Below are positions 44,301-55,514 of a stretch of DNA of 64,000 bases, one piece after another. Numbering within the stretch: the first letter of the stretch is position 1; the number at the start of each line of letters is the position of its first letter. The translations under genes were made by a program, and so were the position numbers. Source of the stretch: a virus (Duplodnaviria; Caudoviricetes); IMG/VR virus record IMGVR_UViG_3300021426_000066, one strand, 5' to 3'. The notes beneath the pieces are model-generated. The model was not told the origin of the DNA, did not search any database, and saw nothing but the letters and a program-made list of their open reading frames with translations.

Positions 44301-46025
44301 CCAGTTAGTAGGTCTTGCAGTTTTTGTATAGGTATTAATACTGTATTGGCTCTTATGCGAACATAATTAGGGATGACGATATTTTTCTCTCGTGGAATTT
44401 TTTTTATAGAACCATTAAGCATCTTGATTTGTTCTTTTAGATACTTAATATATCTGTTTTTATCTTGTTCATCCCAAGTGTTAAAAAACATTACTTTTCA
44501 TCATCCTTCCGCGTCAGTACAGTATCCATCATTCATCATCTGCTCAAATTGATCCAACAATACAAGAATATCTTCGGTTGTTTCGGCAGTACTTCCAATC
44601 CCATATTGCTTTAGACAATTTGTTTTACTTGGTTCACCATTTTTTAAAACCATTATGATATCGTCCGCTGTAAGATGTCCTGTAAGATTATTCTTTGCAC
44701 TCCAATTCGTTCCATTCACAATTTTGCCTTTTGCTTCAAGACAACCCTTTCGATAGCCATAACTGCCTGGGCAAATCAGGGCATCCCATGATTTTTGGTT
44801 CTTGTTATTATAAACAACGATTTTATATAAATCATGGTTAGCATCAATAATACTTTTATATTTTATTGCGTGATTTTCTAAATAACATGCCAGTTTATAG
44901 TACTCATTTAAATTAAGATCATAATTCATCATTTCCCATCATCCTCCTCAAAAACACTAAACTCAGTAAGCTGCTTCAACTTCCCATCATATCTTTCCAC
45001 AATCTTATCTGGTTCCAAGTTTAATATCTCATATTCACCAGTTTTAAGATTAATATCGATATAACAATTCTCTGGATCCCATTCATCGGGTATACCAAAT
45101 ATACAATATTTCATTTTCCTCATATTTATCTACCCCCGTATTCATCCCAATATAATGAATAGAATACATAGACCAGTGTTATACCTAATACGCAGAACAT
45201 AACTCCAACAATATGTCCTGTGCAGCAAGCAAATAAACCGAATAGAAGAACAGCTACAGCTAAGAATATAATTATAGTCGAAAATATCTTATCTAATTTA
45301 GTCATCTGATTCCTCCATTGTTCTGATAAATATTTCATATACGAATATTGCGAATAATAACCACCAGATGGCAGCAGTATATTCTTTAGAGAAGTAATGA
45401 ATAATACTGTTAAATATATCTACTATAAAACCACCCAACATTACCAATGTATATACTATTTTTAATTTATTCATTAATTCTCCTTTATTAAATCTGAGTT
45501 ATACTCATGATATACCCAATACCATGCTTCCCAGGGGGTATAACCATTCTTTACCATCTCTTCATATAATAACTGACGATAATGTTGATGTAATGGTGTA
45601 TGTACTCCCTCTATTGTCGCATTTTTACCGTAGCGATCTACCCGTTCTGCCAGTATCTTATAATACTCTGGTTTGAACCATCCCCCCAGATTATTCTTTA
45701 TAGCTTCATCTACATCATACTGAGTATGCTGGCGTTTGCATCTATTATAATAACGAAGAAGATGCTGCAAGGCGTATGTTAATATCTCTTCCTCTTCACG
45801 ATCCACAAAAGAACGTTCAGAGAGAGCTATTCTTCCTTTATTTGTAGTATTATTCCAAGTAGTTATTATAATCAGATGGGGATAGTATGGTATTAAATCT
45901 TTTTCTGTTTCGAAACGAAGAGGGACGATGTTTCTTCCTATATGTATATTGGAAGAGAGGACATTGTCCACACCATGGATTTCAATATGATCGCAAAAAT
46001 CACATTTACCAGAGAATCTACTCAT
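41347..46025 (-). other. Cluster of ~14 tightly packed small hypothetical genes (41347-41694, 41703-41936, 41881-42102, 42110-42421, 42396-42590, 42592-43086, 43083-43322, 43322-43816, 43819-44190, 44156-44491, 44501-44932, 44929-45123, 45126-45338, 45474-46025)
   Basis: Co-oriented, abutting ORFs with RBSs; several Cys-rich, two hydrophobic membrane peptides. Confidence 0.7.
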
Positions 46026-46064
46026 AAGGGCTCCTTTCTATAATATTGTACTTTTACACTGTAA

Positions 46065-46093
46065 AGTGTAGCAGAATACTGATATTTTGTCAA
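46065..46093 (-). promoter_or_regulatory. SigmaA promoter for leftward operon
   Basis: TTGACA-N17-TACACT with TG extension. Confidence 0.75.
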
Positions 46094-46113
46094 GTATTTA
46101 ATTTGTCTACTAA

Positions 46114-47181
46114 TTAAGCCATAAGACGAATAAGTGTTTCCTCTAATGTTGATTGATCTGTTAGCCAGGATGCGGCCTGATCTGGTGAATTAATAAGCAG
46201 ATCAGTATATTGTTTAACTGTCTTATCATGTAAGACTTTAAATACCTTCGTATTTAACTGTTTACGGATCTCATCAGAATCTACAGCTTTACGAATCAAT
46301 GGTGCTGGTGAGAGTATTTTTATTGTTTTAAAACATGCTTCCCAGTATGGCTGCTTTTCATGAACATGTTTAAGAAAGAGATCATTGTATTTATATCTTA
46401 AGTCTGGCTTATACCATAATTCATTCTTTGATGAGAGATGCAGTTCTTCCAGTACTTCATCCTGAATTACCATTAATGATAAATACTCTTCATTGGTCAC
46501 CTCACGTAAGCGGGTTATTGGATTCGTTTTGCTATTGTTTATACGTTCTGAGATTACATATGTATTGATACATTCAATAATATTTCTTTTCTGCATTGAT
46601 TCCAATGCACTGTTTATAATACGTTTGAATGTTTGATAACTGGTACTGTAGAAGTCTCCAATCTGTTTAATATCAATATTATACTTCTTTGAGAGTTCTG
46701 AGTATTCTTTTCCATATCTTCTATATAACTCATTGGCTAATCCACATATAAGAATAAAGTCCATATAACTGAAATAGAGTACTTCCTTACCCGTTGAATA
46801 TAAGTAGGCTAAGATCACATTAATCATATCAGCATTGTACTTGTGTGAATCCTGTATTACTGGAATGTATGGAATAGGCGGATTGTATATTTTAGTAATC
46901 TTATATTTGGTCTTGATCTTCTCATATTCAAAAAATCTGGAGAATTCAAGTAAATGCCTGGTCTTGGCATTACCATATTTAACTGGCTGATTAAGTAATG
47001 TACATAATTCTTTGTATGTGTATTCTTGGTTGATGGAGAGTTGAGATGTATCTAGTGAGAGTATCTGCGGTGTGAATCTACTGGTATGCGATGATGATGC
47101 AGATTCGTTTCCTATAAATCTGGTTACCTCTAAGTTATCCCACATTGGAAATGATTGAGGGTTGAGAGTTACCGTATTCAT
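46114..47181 (-). CDS. Hypothetical protein, possibly DNA-binding/replication related
   Basis: YTYKELCTLLNQPVKYGNAK motif; start after AAAGGAG; function is inference. Confidence 0.6.
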   Translation of the reverse strand: MNTVTLNPQSFPMWDNLEVTRFIGNESASSSHTSRFTPQILSLDTSQLSINQEYTYKELCTLLNQPVKYGNAKTRHLLEFSRFFEYEKIKTKYKITKIYNPPIPYIPVIQDSHKYNADMINVILAYLYSTGKEVLYFSYMDFILICGLANELYRRYGKEYSELSKKYNIDIKQIGDFYSTSYQTFKRIINSALESMQKRNIIECINTYVISERINNSKTNPITRLREVTNEEYLSLMVIQDEVLEELHLSSKNELWYKPDLRYKYNDLFLKHVHEKQPYWEACFKTIKILSPAPLIRKAVDSDEIRKQLNTKVFKVLHDKTVKQYTDLLINSPDQAASWLTDQSTLEETLIRLMA

Positions 47182-47279
47182 AATAGCTCCTTTCTGATGG
47201 CTGCTGCGCATAGTGGTTGCTACGCATAGGTTGCTGCATGTAAGAGTTAGATGATCTTAACTAAAGTTAGTTGCTCTAC

Positions 47280-47342
47280 AAATTTTTGAACCCAATTTGT
47301 TGTATATATATTATATATACGAGAAGTTCGGTTCAAAAATTT
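47280..47342. repeat. 63-bp imperfect palindrome with (TA)n core
   Basis: AAATTTTTGAACC...GTATATATA-T-TATATATAC...GGTTCAAAAATTT. Confidence 0.85.
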
Positions 47343-47765
47343 TTGAGGTAAGTCAAAAAACGATAGAAACGGGTTGATGTTTTTGGCTGTTGAAAATGGT
47401 CGAGCGTTATGTTTTCTGGAGAATAATAGGGTGGTTATGAATGATAATGGATCGAATGATAGTTAACAAATTAAATGTTGGGAAGTTGTTTGGTTTGGTT
47501 AATGGGATTGTAGCAAATAGGGTTGGGGATGTCAAGGGATCGGAGATGAGGAGAGGGATATTAAAAATGATTTGATGGCTAAAAGCCGAATGAAGTAGCG
47601 ATAAGGTGTTTTTTGGGAGATAAGGATGATGGGATGAGGTGAATAGTGAATGAGCAAATTAAAAAAATGAAATATGAAAAGAGCTTTTTTGAATAAAAGG
47701 ATGGTAAAAAAATGTCAAAAATGCAGTCAGTGTGGAAATGGACTGGCTAAATACGTCAAAAAAAT

Positions 47766-47779
47766 CGAACAGATGTTCG
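47766..47779. promoter_or_regulatory. LexA/DinR (SOS) box
   Basis: CGAACAGATGTTCG matches CGAACRNRYGTTYG; extended -10 TGGTATAAT at 47828-47836. Confidence 0.7.
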
Positions 47780-47893
47780 AAAATCGAACTATCCCCGCAT
47801 TAATACTAATTTTCACATGGTTTATAGTGGTATAATAACGGCGTAACAAGTACATGCATCATATCGAAAACAAACAAAAGGAGGATAAAAACC

Positions 47894-49372
47894 ATGATGC
47901 ACACGACAAAAGCAACTCTTAATTCTGTGGTTCGTTTTACCGCACTTGAAACCATTAAACAAATTAATGTCACTATTACAAACATGAACCGTAACTCTAA
48001 AACATGGGAAAAGCTTATTTCCGACTATAACAGCGGTTTTGAATATGGGTACAATGAATATCTCCCGCCCGTATTTGTCGATACAACATTGATAAATCGA
48101 ATTGATTCTATCATCCCTGTTTTTGCAAGCCCATTTGATAGAGTAGAAAATACCACTCTAAAAATTGAATATCCTTTAATGTTTGCCCGTTTGATGGATG
48201 AAAGATATAATCCTATACCGAAATATAGTAAGTATGGTTTCGCATCATACCGCTTTAATAGTGATGAATTAAAACAGCATGCAATTAACGACAACACTAT
48301 TTTAACCAATGATGAATTAACATTATATTACATGTTGGAAACGTTAGAAGCGGATACTGTTTTAAAGAATCAAAAAGCGATAGCCGAAAAAATTAATAGA
48401 ATTTCCGCATGGACTCCCGCCGAGAAAAAATATATTTATTCATTACCCACTATTAAAGATTGTAATTATGACATTCCCATGTATATTGGTGCATGCAATA
48501 AAGCATATTCACAATACGCCGTTAAAAATCAGGTGAAATACATTGGTCGAAAAGTTGGCAACGGTGAAACAATACCGAAAGTCTATATTGATATTATCAA
48601 TAATTGGAATGACCAATTATTTGATGACATTAAAGGCTATATAGCTTTATACATGATAGAAGCATATAAAGACGGTCATATTGTGAACAGACATTTTTTA
48701 AACGCTGACAAAAACCATGATTGTACACTGAATATGTCTAACTATGAATTAACTCTATATTATGAGTACGCTAACGAGTATGATTTAACAGAAGAACAAA
48801 TAAATGGTTATTATCCCGTTTTTGATTTAGGATTAGATAAAAAGGCGTTTAATGCTTTAAAACGTGCCGTTTCCAAAGCGATATTTGATAAAAAAGGTAC
48901 TCGTTCTAAAAAGATACTTGTTTCCTATGAAACAAGCGTTTTAGAGAATGGTTTGGAAAAAGCGGACGATAAAGACGGCTTTAAAGCGAATGAATCATAT
49001 TTCTATGATTCATTAAAAGATATTAATACGGTTTTAGAGTGTATGTTAAGTGCGGAGAAATACGCTTTATATACGTCTTTAATCGCATTCATGTTAAAAA
49101 CGGGAAAAGGGTTGAAAGACTTTTCTAGGTACTATGCATTAACAGAAGCAGACGAGACCAAAATATATAAATCGTTAGATAATCTTATTTGCAAGATTAG
49201 AGACGTTTATAAAATTGCTTTGGCTTATAAGAATGGTGACATGAAACTTTTTAGAGAACTTGTCCCGAACACCAAAAGCCAAAAACGCATAACAGAAAAA
49301 CTGGATAGTATTAATATCAAAAAATTAGATATCAAAGTCTCTGAAATGGTTTATCATGCATCCGCCTGCTAA
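47894..49372 (+). CDS. Hypothetical protein (492 aa), own transcription unit
   Basis: RBS AGGAGG, upstream extended -10, downstream terminator. Confidence 0.75.
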   Translation: MMHTTKATLNSVVRFTALETIKQINVTITNMNRNSKTWEKLISDYNSGFEYGYNEYLPPVFVDTTLINRIDSIIPVFASPFDRVENTTLKIEYPLMFARLMDERYNPIPKYSKYGFASYRFNSDELKQHAINDNTILTNDELTLYYMLETLEADTVLKNQKAIAEKINRISAWTPAEKKYIYSLPTIKDCNYDIPMYIGACNKAYSQYAVKNQVKYIGRKVGNGETIPKVYIDIINNWNDQLFDDIKGYIALYMIEAYKDGHIVNRHFLNADKNHDCTLNMSNYELTLYYEYANEYDLTEEQINGYYPVFDLGLDKKAFNALKRAVSKAIFDKKGTRSKKILVSYETSVLENGLEKADDKDGFKANESYFYDSLKDINTVLECMLSAEKYALYTSLIAFMLKTGKGLKDFSRYYALTEADETKIYKSLDNLICKIRDVYKIALAYKNGDMKLFRELVPNTKSQKRITEKLDSINIKKLDIKVSEMVYHASAC

Positions 49373-49383
49373 ACCAGTATTCT

Positions 49384-49428
49384 AAAAACGGCTTGCAAGT
49401 CTAAAACGACTTGCAAGCCGTTTTTTTT
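49384..49428 (+). terminator. Intrinsic terminator
   Basis: AAAAACGGCTTGCAAGTC / GACTTGCAAGCCGTTTTT plus T-run. Confidence 0.88.
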
Positions 49429-49462
49429 GTGCCTATTTATATATGCATTTACTCGTTATAAT

Positions 49463-49589
49463 TCTATCCGAAAAAATCGGATAAATCTTCTAGGCCTAGA
49501 CAATCTATCCGAAAAAATCGGATAGATTTATAACCAGAAAATACTAAAAACCCATTTTAGGCCGTTTTTAGCCGTTTTTAGCCGTTTTT
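49463..49589. repeat. Two copies of palindromic TCTATCCGAAAAAATCGGATA and three tandem GCCGTTTTT
   Basis: Copies at 49463 and 49504; tandem repeats 49561-49589. Confidence 0.85.
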
Positions 49590-50215
49590 GCTTGTTTGGT
49601 GTATTAGTATACTATAGCACTATAAAAACGCATAAAACGGCTTTAAAATGCATGCAAACATGGTATTTATTATTTTGGTGTCTGTTCTCCATATGAATAT
49701 GGTCACAAAAATTTTTTTAAAAAACTTTTCAAAAAAAATAAGGGATTATTATTTGTTCGGTATGGTATAGAGTGTAACAATTAATTAGTCACGTAACACA
49801 TAGTTAAGGATTGAAACGGCATGATAAAAAAACCATGCAAAAAACACACGGGCATTACAATAATTCAGAATGTCATAACGCAAGAATTAAAAAGCGCGAA
49901 TTTTTTGCATCAAAATTTTTATCTAATTTTTCAATCTGTTTATTGTTACTGTCAAGGCTAACTCTAGGAAACAGGGGCAGAACTAGAGTAAACAGGCAGC
50001 GGTTTACCTGTGCAGACCGTTACTTAGCACAGTGTGGAGTATCCAAAAATACTAAGCTGAACTTGTTAGGCTGACAAGAATTTGACAAGTTGCTTTTCGG
50101 TGGATCGTTGACCTGCTGATAGTGGAACTACAGCAGAACCGTATATCATTCCGTTTCTTCTTGCATCCTTATGAGCCTCTGAACTAACATTCAAACTCAA
50201 TAAGGAGGAACTATC

Positions 50216-50488
50216 ATGAAGACGAGTTTGCATATATTAACTTTAAACGGGGAAATTATTGCGATAGACACTGATAATATTGCAGATAATATCAAAACCT
50301 GTGCTAGATACCTGTCGGATAAAACTAGTGTCAGTGTTACTGATAGAATTACTATCGGACATTATTACGCAGGAGATTATCCTGTTATCGGTGAGCCGAT
50401 TGCTGAATATTCTCTGCAATTCGGCTTATTTCTCTATTACCCTGAATTACCCACTGAAGACGAGATTGTCGAAGAAGAATATACCTAA
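50216..50488 (+). CDS. Hypothetical protein enclosed by 27-bp inverted repeat
   Basis: 90 aa, RBS AAGGAGG. Confidence 0.7.
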   Translation: MKTSLHILTLNGEIIAIDTDNIADNIKTCARYLSDKTSVSVTDRITIGHYYAGDYPVIGEPIAEYSLQFGLFLYYPELPTEDEIVEEEYT

Positions 50489-50578
50489 TCTAACCTTATA
50501 GATCCCTGTTCAGGGGTTTATAAGGATGCAAGAACATGGTCTTGTATCCTAATAAAATAATATTAGGAGGGCATCAAA

Positions 50579-51535
50579 ATGATGTACGAAACCATGAAGA
50601 AACAGGAACTTAAGGATCTCTGCAAGGAGAGAGGGCTGAAGACTACTGGAAATGTTAGCACTTTAATCTCCAGACTCACAGAAGCCGACAGAGCTGCCGA
50701 AGCTGCGAAGGCTGATGCTGGCAAAGGTGTCGGCGCTGATCGCAAGGAGGACTATGCAGTTAATGCAATGGCTCCTGCACTGAAAGCCGCAAATAAGACT
50801 AATAATCGGCGTGCTATCACTGAAGATGATGCTTTCGAAGCCGGCGTGGATTCTGAACGTTTCAGCCAGTGGAAGATCTGGTGCGAAGATCTGCACGAAA
50901 TCGTAGATGACTATGTCATCAAAAAGCGTTCTCGCTCCAGTAATGACAAAGAGCGGGCCGCTGCCAGATCTAAAATCTATCCTGCATGGAGAACTATGCT
51001 GAAAGTCGGAGAAGAAGACCTGCTGTCTCCGAAAATGTATCTCCGTGAAGACGACGTAGAATCTCTTGTAGGATTCTGTGAGGATTTTGTGGGTACTGCC
51101 GCAGGTACTGAGCAGGCAAGTGCCACAAAGACTAAGTTCCGCAAACTTGTAGAAACCCTGATCGGTTGCCGCATGAAGGGCTGTGAAACTCTGCCGAAGG
51201 ATGACCGGGATCTTGTCATTCTCTTTGAAAGTGCTGTTCGTAGCCGTGATAATGCTGATAAAGCATTGAATGGCAACGAGAAGGTCAAGGGTATCTATGC
51301 CGATCTTGAGGCTGTAAAGAAGAGCCTCGAAGGACTGAAGACCTCCCTGTATAATCTGGGAGCCGCAGAAGAAACGATTAACGAACTTACCGCTGGTCTT
51401 CGCAACCGCCAGAAAGAGCTGAATGATGCAAAAATCAGATCCGAGAAGGCGAAGGCGAAGGCGGAAGCGACTATCTCCACTAATCAGACGAAGTACGATG
51501 AAATTATGGCCCGTATCACTGTTGTAGACTGGTGA
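50579..51535 (+). CDS. SAP-domain protein with C-terminal coiled coil
   Basis: KKQELKDLCKERGLKTTGNVSTLISRL fits SAP motif; terminator hairpin 51543-51565. Confidence 0.75.
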   Translation: MMYETMKKQELKDLCKERGLKTTGNVSTLISRLTEADRAAEAAKADAGKGVGADRKEDYAVNAMAPALKAANKTNNRRAITEDDAFEAGVDSERFSQWKIWCEDLHEIVDDYVIKKRSRSSNDKERAAARSKIYPAWRTMLKVGEEDLLSPKMYLREDDVESLVGFCEDFVGTAAGTEQASATKTKFRKLVETLIGCRMKGCETLPKDDRDLVILFESAVRSRDNADKALNGNEKVKGIYADLEAVKKSLEGLKTSLYNLGAAEETINELTAGLRNRQKELNDAKIRSEKAKAKAEATISTNQTKYDEIMARITVVDW

Positions 51536-51637
51536 TAATCTCAAGGGGAGCTTGTCTCCCCTTTTATGACACTCTGTGCAAGCCTCCCCGTGGCAGTGTT
51601 GGACTCTGCGTAAGCAGCTAATTGCACATTTTGTAAC

Positions 51638-52096
51638 TTGTTGTATAATATCTGTAGCTACTTTGTCTGGAAAGGGGGTGATATTATCAAAAGAGAAACA
51701 CTCCGTTTCCCTGTCTCCGCTCAGGAAGCTGTTCAAAACTTTGCAGACTCTAACCCTGAAGCCGTAGCTAATCTTCTGGCAAAAGTGGAAGAAGAAATTT
51801 TGGACGAAGCAAGGGAAACTACTGAGCATCCTGAGAAAAGGAAAGAACTTCAAGACCTGTGCAAAACATTAGAGGATATAGTAAAACCTTCTGATGGATG
51901 GGTGCGTATTCTTACGCCGCTGCAAAGGAAATGCCTTCGGCATTATGTTGAAGTCAATGTTGGAGACGGCACAATAATGGAAAGGGAAACCTTTTTAAAA
52001 TTTCTAAATTGTTTAGAACATTTTAGTTATTGCGAATGGGAAACACACGATGAGATAGTTTCTATGCAATTATCTTTTGAAGGTATCTACCAGTAG
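51638..52096 (+). CDS. Hypothetical protein (start uncertain)
   Basis: ORF followed by terminator AAAGGGACTC/GAGTCCCTTT at 52105-52131. Confidence 0.55.
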   Translation: MLYNICSYFVWKGGDIIKRETLRFPVSAQEAVQNFADSNPEAVANLLAKVEEEILDEARETTEHPEKRKELQDLCKTLEDIVKPSDGWVRILTPLQRKCLRHYVEVNVGDGTIMERETFLKFLNCLEHFSYCEWETHDEIVSMQLSFEGIYQ

Positions 52097-52166
52097 GACA
52101 AAGGAAAGGGACTCTATTTGAGTCCCTTTTTGTTTTGTAATTGTTTTTAAAGGAAGGGAAAACAAA

Positions 52167-55100
52167 ATGTTCTTTGAAATCAAGAACCCTTATATCAACG
52201 ATTCATCTGCTCGTCCTTATCTTTATTTTGGAACGGCAGAGGAAGTTATGGTTTCTTCTGTTGATGAGATCATGAAAACCTGCATTCTGAACGATATTGA
52301 AATGGAAGAGAACGAAACAATCGTTGTTTCAAAGGAAACGAAGGGAAAGTCACATCAGAAGCCTCGCAGGAAAGACAATTCCCGCAAGGCAAAGGAACTT
52401 GCAAAGGAGCGTAAGGCTTACCGTATTAAGGCAAGAGAGCGCCGAGGCATCCAGCATTGGCTTCTCTACGATAGTGACAGAGACACTGATCGAGACGCAC
52501 TAAAGGATCTTTTTCCTGTCGATCCTTGGAAACTGAAAACACGCAAGGAAAAGCGTCTTGAAGCATTTGCAAAAGAAATGCTTCAAGATGATGATAACCC
52601 GACTTGGGAGCAGGTAAACAACCTGCTTGAAGAGGAAGAGAAAGCAAAACAGTTTATTGCCGAGCAGAACGATCTGCTGGCAAAAATGCGAAAGGAAAAG
52701 AGTGAGCTGCTTACAAAACTCTCTCGTCTCGAACTTGAGATTGACAAGAAAGAAGAGATGGTCAACTGCTACGGAAACCGTTTTAAGCCTTGAAGCAAAG
52801 GAGGTCATTAATATGCCAAGATGGAAAAGCAAAGCAATTCGAACTGCAAAGGAACTGTGTTATCCTGCTGAAATAATAGATAAATTAATTACGGCAGATA
52901 CAAAAGAAACAATTAGTCGTATTCTGATCACCGCTAGAGAAACGGTTATCAAAAACAGCCTAAACAAAAAGGTAAACGAATATATCCCGGTTCCGCATTG
53001 TAGTGGAGTAGTTAGATATACCGCCTAACTAGGGAAACGGCTTGCAACTCTGGGAACACTAAGGGAAATGAATTTCTCTTAGCAGACAGGTTCGATTCCT
53101 GTGCAAGCTAATCAAGGTTGCTAGAGTGACGAAGGGAAACTTCGGTGCTTATAGCGTAAAAGTCCTTAGTTGTATCTACAGCAACAGAAACAAAAAGGAG
53201 GAACAAGAATGACTTGGGAAGAAAAAGTAAAAATCGCCAATGAAGAAGAAAAGAAAATCGCTAATGAATACAGAACCATTGGTGAAGCAAGGCAGAACTG
53301 CAAATGGGGTGGACATTGTGCTTCTTGCATGTACTGTAAAGGAACTATCCAGGTGTCTTATGACATTATGGATCGTATGAATATGAAGCATGATTACTGT
53401 ATGTTTTCTCCAAAGGAGGAAAAATAATGAATCGTCTTAAAAAGGAACTTACCGCCAAAGGAATCATTTATGAAAATGATGGCGGTTACGAGGAAGGGAG
53501 ATCCCTTATTGCAGTAACTGACAAATTTATCATTACCCTTTGGGGCTGTAACGTTCTGCCAACGGAAATCCACTTGTTTGACAGGAACTTCAATCCCATT
53601 GGAATGCAGCTTCTTTTCCCTGAAGATATGCTGTTTTCGGAAGGGAAAACGTGGTGGAGTTATGTCTTCGGAGAGGAGGAACGGAAATGAAAAAGAACCT
53701 GTTTGTAACTATTATGCTTGTAGCCCTGATGTTCGCAACCGAAGCCAACGGAATTTCTCCGTACCGCTTCTATAAGCGTCTCATCAAGAGAAACCATATT
53801 GGTGTTGTCAGAACCTACAACGCCGAGGATCTGACAGGCGAGATTCTCCGCAACAGAAACGGTGACATCATCATCGAAAAGATGATTGGAACCGTTGTGG
53901 ACAAGAAAGGAAACGGAAAACTGTACGGAATGGGTAAGTACAATTATATCTCCTATAAGGGTGTCAAAGGCATCCGCAAGGGAGATGTTGTTTTGACGGT
54001 GGTAATTTACAACCCCGCCAATAATTATGAGGATGATATTGTCGAGCGGTTCGACTATATCATCGACAGGAAAGGGAAAAAGAAATGAAAAATTACTATC
54101 TCAATCTCGCAAGGGAAGCTTTCGAGAGAAATAACATGAGCCTGTATTATTACTATATCTGGCTTGCCAGAAAGGAAAAGGAGGACTGATTATGATCTTT
54201 TATAAGGTGTCTATTTTTGCGGCAACTCGCAAATATATTGACGGCGAGTTTGTTGAAAGAGACGAAGAACACTTCTTCGCAAACGAAAGTAATGCAAATG
54301 CCTGTTTTGATCAGGCTATTGCAAAGTACAAGGAAAAGGGAGAAGGGGAACTTGAATACGACTCCAATGGAAAGGACTTCTTCCTTGCTATTGAATTGAA
54401 TGAATGGGATGAATGGTTTTTTAGCGTTAGGCTGACAAAAAAGGAAACGGAGGACTAATCATGGCAAGAGAAACCATCACCGAAGGTCAGGCAAAGGAAT
54501 ACTGGCGTGATCTGATCGGAGCGTTCTATCACGGTAAACAGCCGAAGGGAAATACAGGGATCCTCTATGTATTCGGTGTAGCCAACTGGTTGAATGTTAC
54601 GGAAGAGAGAGCAACGGAAATCTGTAATGCTTGGGTAAAATACGGCATTACTGAGAGACAGGGAGGAGGAATTGTAATATGAACAAAGGAAAGGAACTGG
54701 ACGCAGTAACCATGCTCAGCGATCCCGAAAGGAAACGCATTTGCAAGAAAGTACAGCGTAATAAGAACAAGAAAGTCAAGAACTTCCTTACACCCGAAAA
54801 GGTAAAGGAAGTTCTTTTTAATATCGCTGAAATCAGCGTAATTGCAACCATTGTTCTGCTTGTCGCCTAAAGAAAAGGAGTTCATAAATTGGACTTGGAA
54901 CAATTCATCATTGATGTAACTGAAATCAGTGTATTCGTTGCGCTAATTGGGTGGGTTCTGTAACTCGTTGGTAAAGCAAACAAATTAAATATTACACAAA
55001 AGAAAGGAAAAGAAAAATGGCTAAAAAGATCATGCCGAAAACTAGACTCACGAAGGTAAACGTAACTCGCTGTAATTTCTGTAAGCTGGGGGATAAATAC

Positions 55101-55427
55101 GAAGAGGCTTATGACAAGTTCACCGCCGAAGCAACAGAAAAGAATCCTGAAAAGAATTTCAAGGCTTGGTGGAGAGTTGATGACAAAGCACCCGGTGTTC
55201 CGGGTTATAAGATCACTACGTTTCGCGTTGCAACGGAAAATGATTGGCGAAATGAAGATGGTCTGACAGACGAAAGCACAACTTACGTCTGTGAAAACTG
55301 CATGGCGATCATCAATAAGTGCTTCAGTCATCTGGGAGAAGCTGAGGAAATCAGCTATGCCAGAAAGGAAACGAAAGTATTTCCTATGCCTGATCTTGAG
55401 GATATGGAAGAAAAAGAGGGAGAGTAA
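52167..55427 (+). other. Cluster of small early-type genes (52167-52793, 52813-53028, 53209-53427, 53427-53690, 53687-54088, 54192-54458, 54461-54682, 54679-54870, 55017-55427)
   Basis: Co-oriented ORFs with strong RBSs; 53687-54088 has a signal-peptide-like N-terminus; 55017-55427 has CxxC pairs. Confidence 0.7.
53039..53110 (+). ncRNA. tRNA-like element with non-canonical D/anticodon region
   Basis: GGCTTGC/GCAAGCT acceptor-like stem, ACAGG-TTCGATT-CCTGT T arm, 10-bp hairpin in place of anticodon arm. Confidence 0.55.
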
Positions 55428-55514
55428 TCACTCTTCCTCTTTTGCAAAGTAAAGCAACCCAAAGGCAAAGCAAAACAACTGAATAAAGAAAAATAAACAA
55501 TTTAAAAATGAAAG

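Noticed and set aside
49811-50074. 87-aa plus-strand ORF
   Set aside because: TTG start with weak RBS, atypical composition, overlaps the stem-rich RNA candidate.
50663-51853. 396-aa minus-strand ORF
   Set aside because: Antisense shadow of the SAP-domain gene, which has RBS, motif and terminator.
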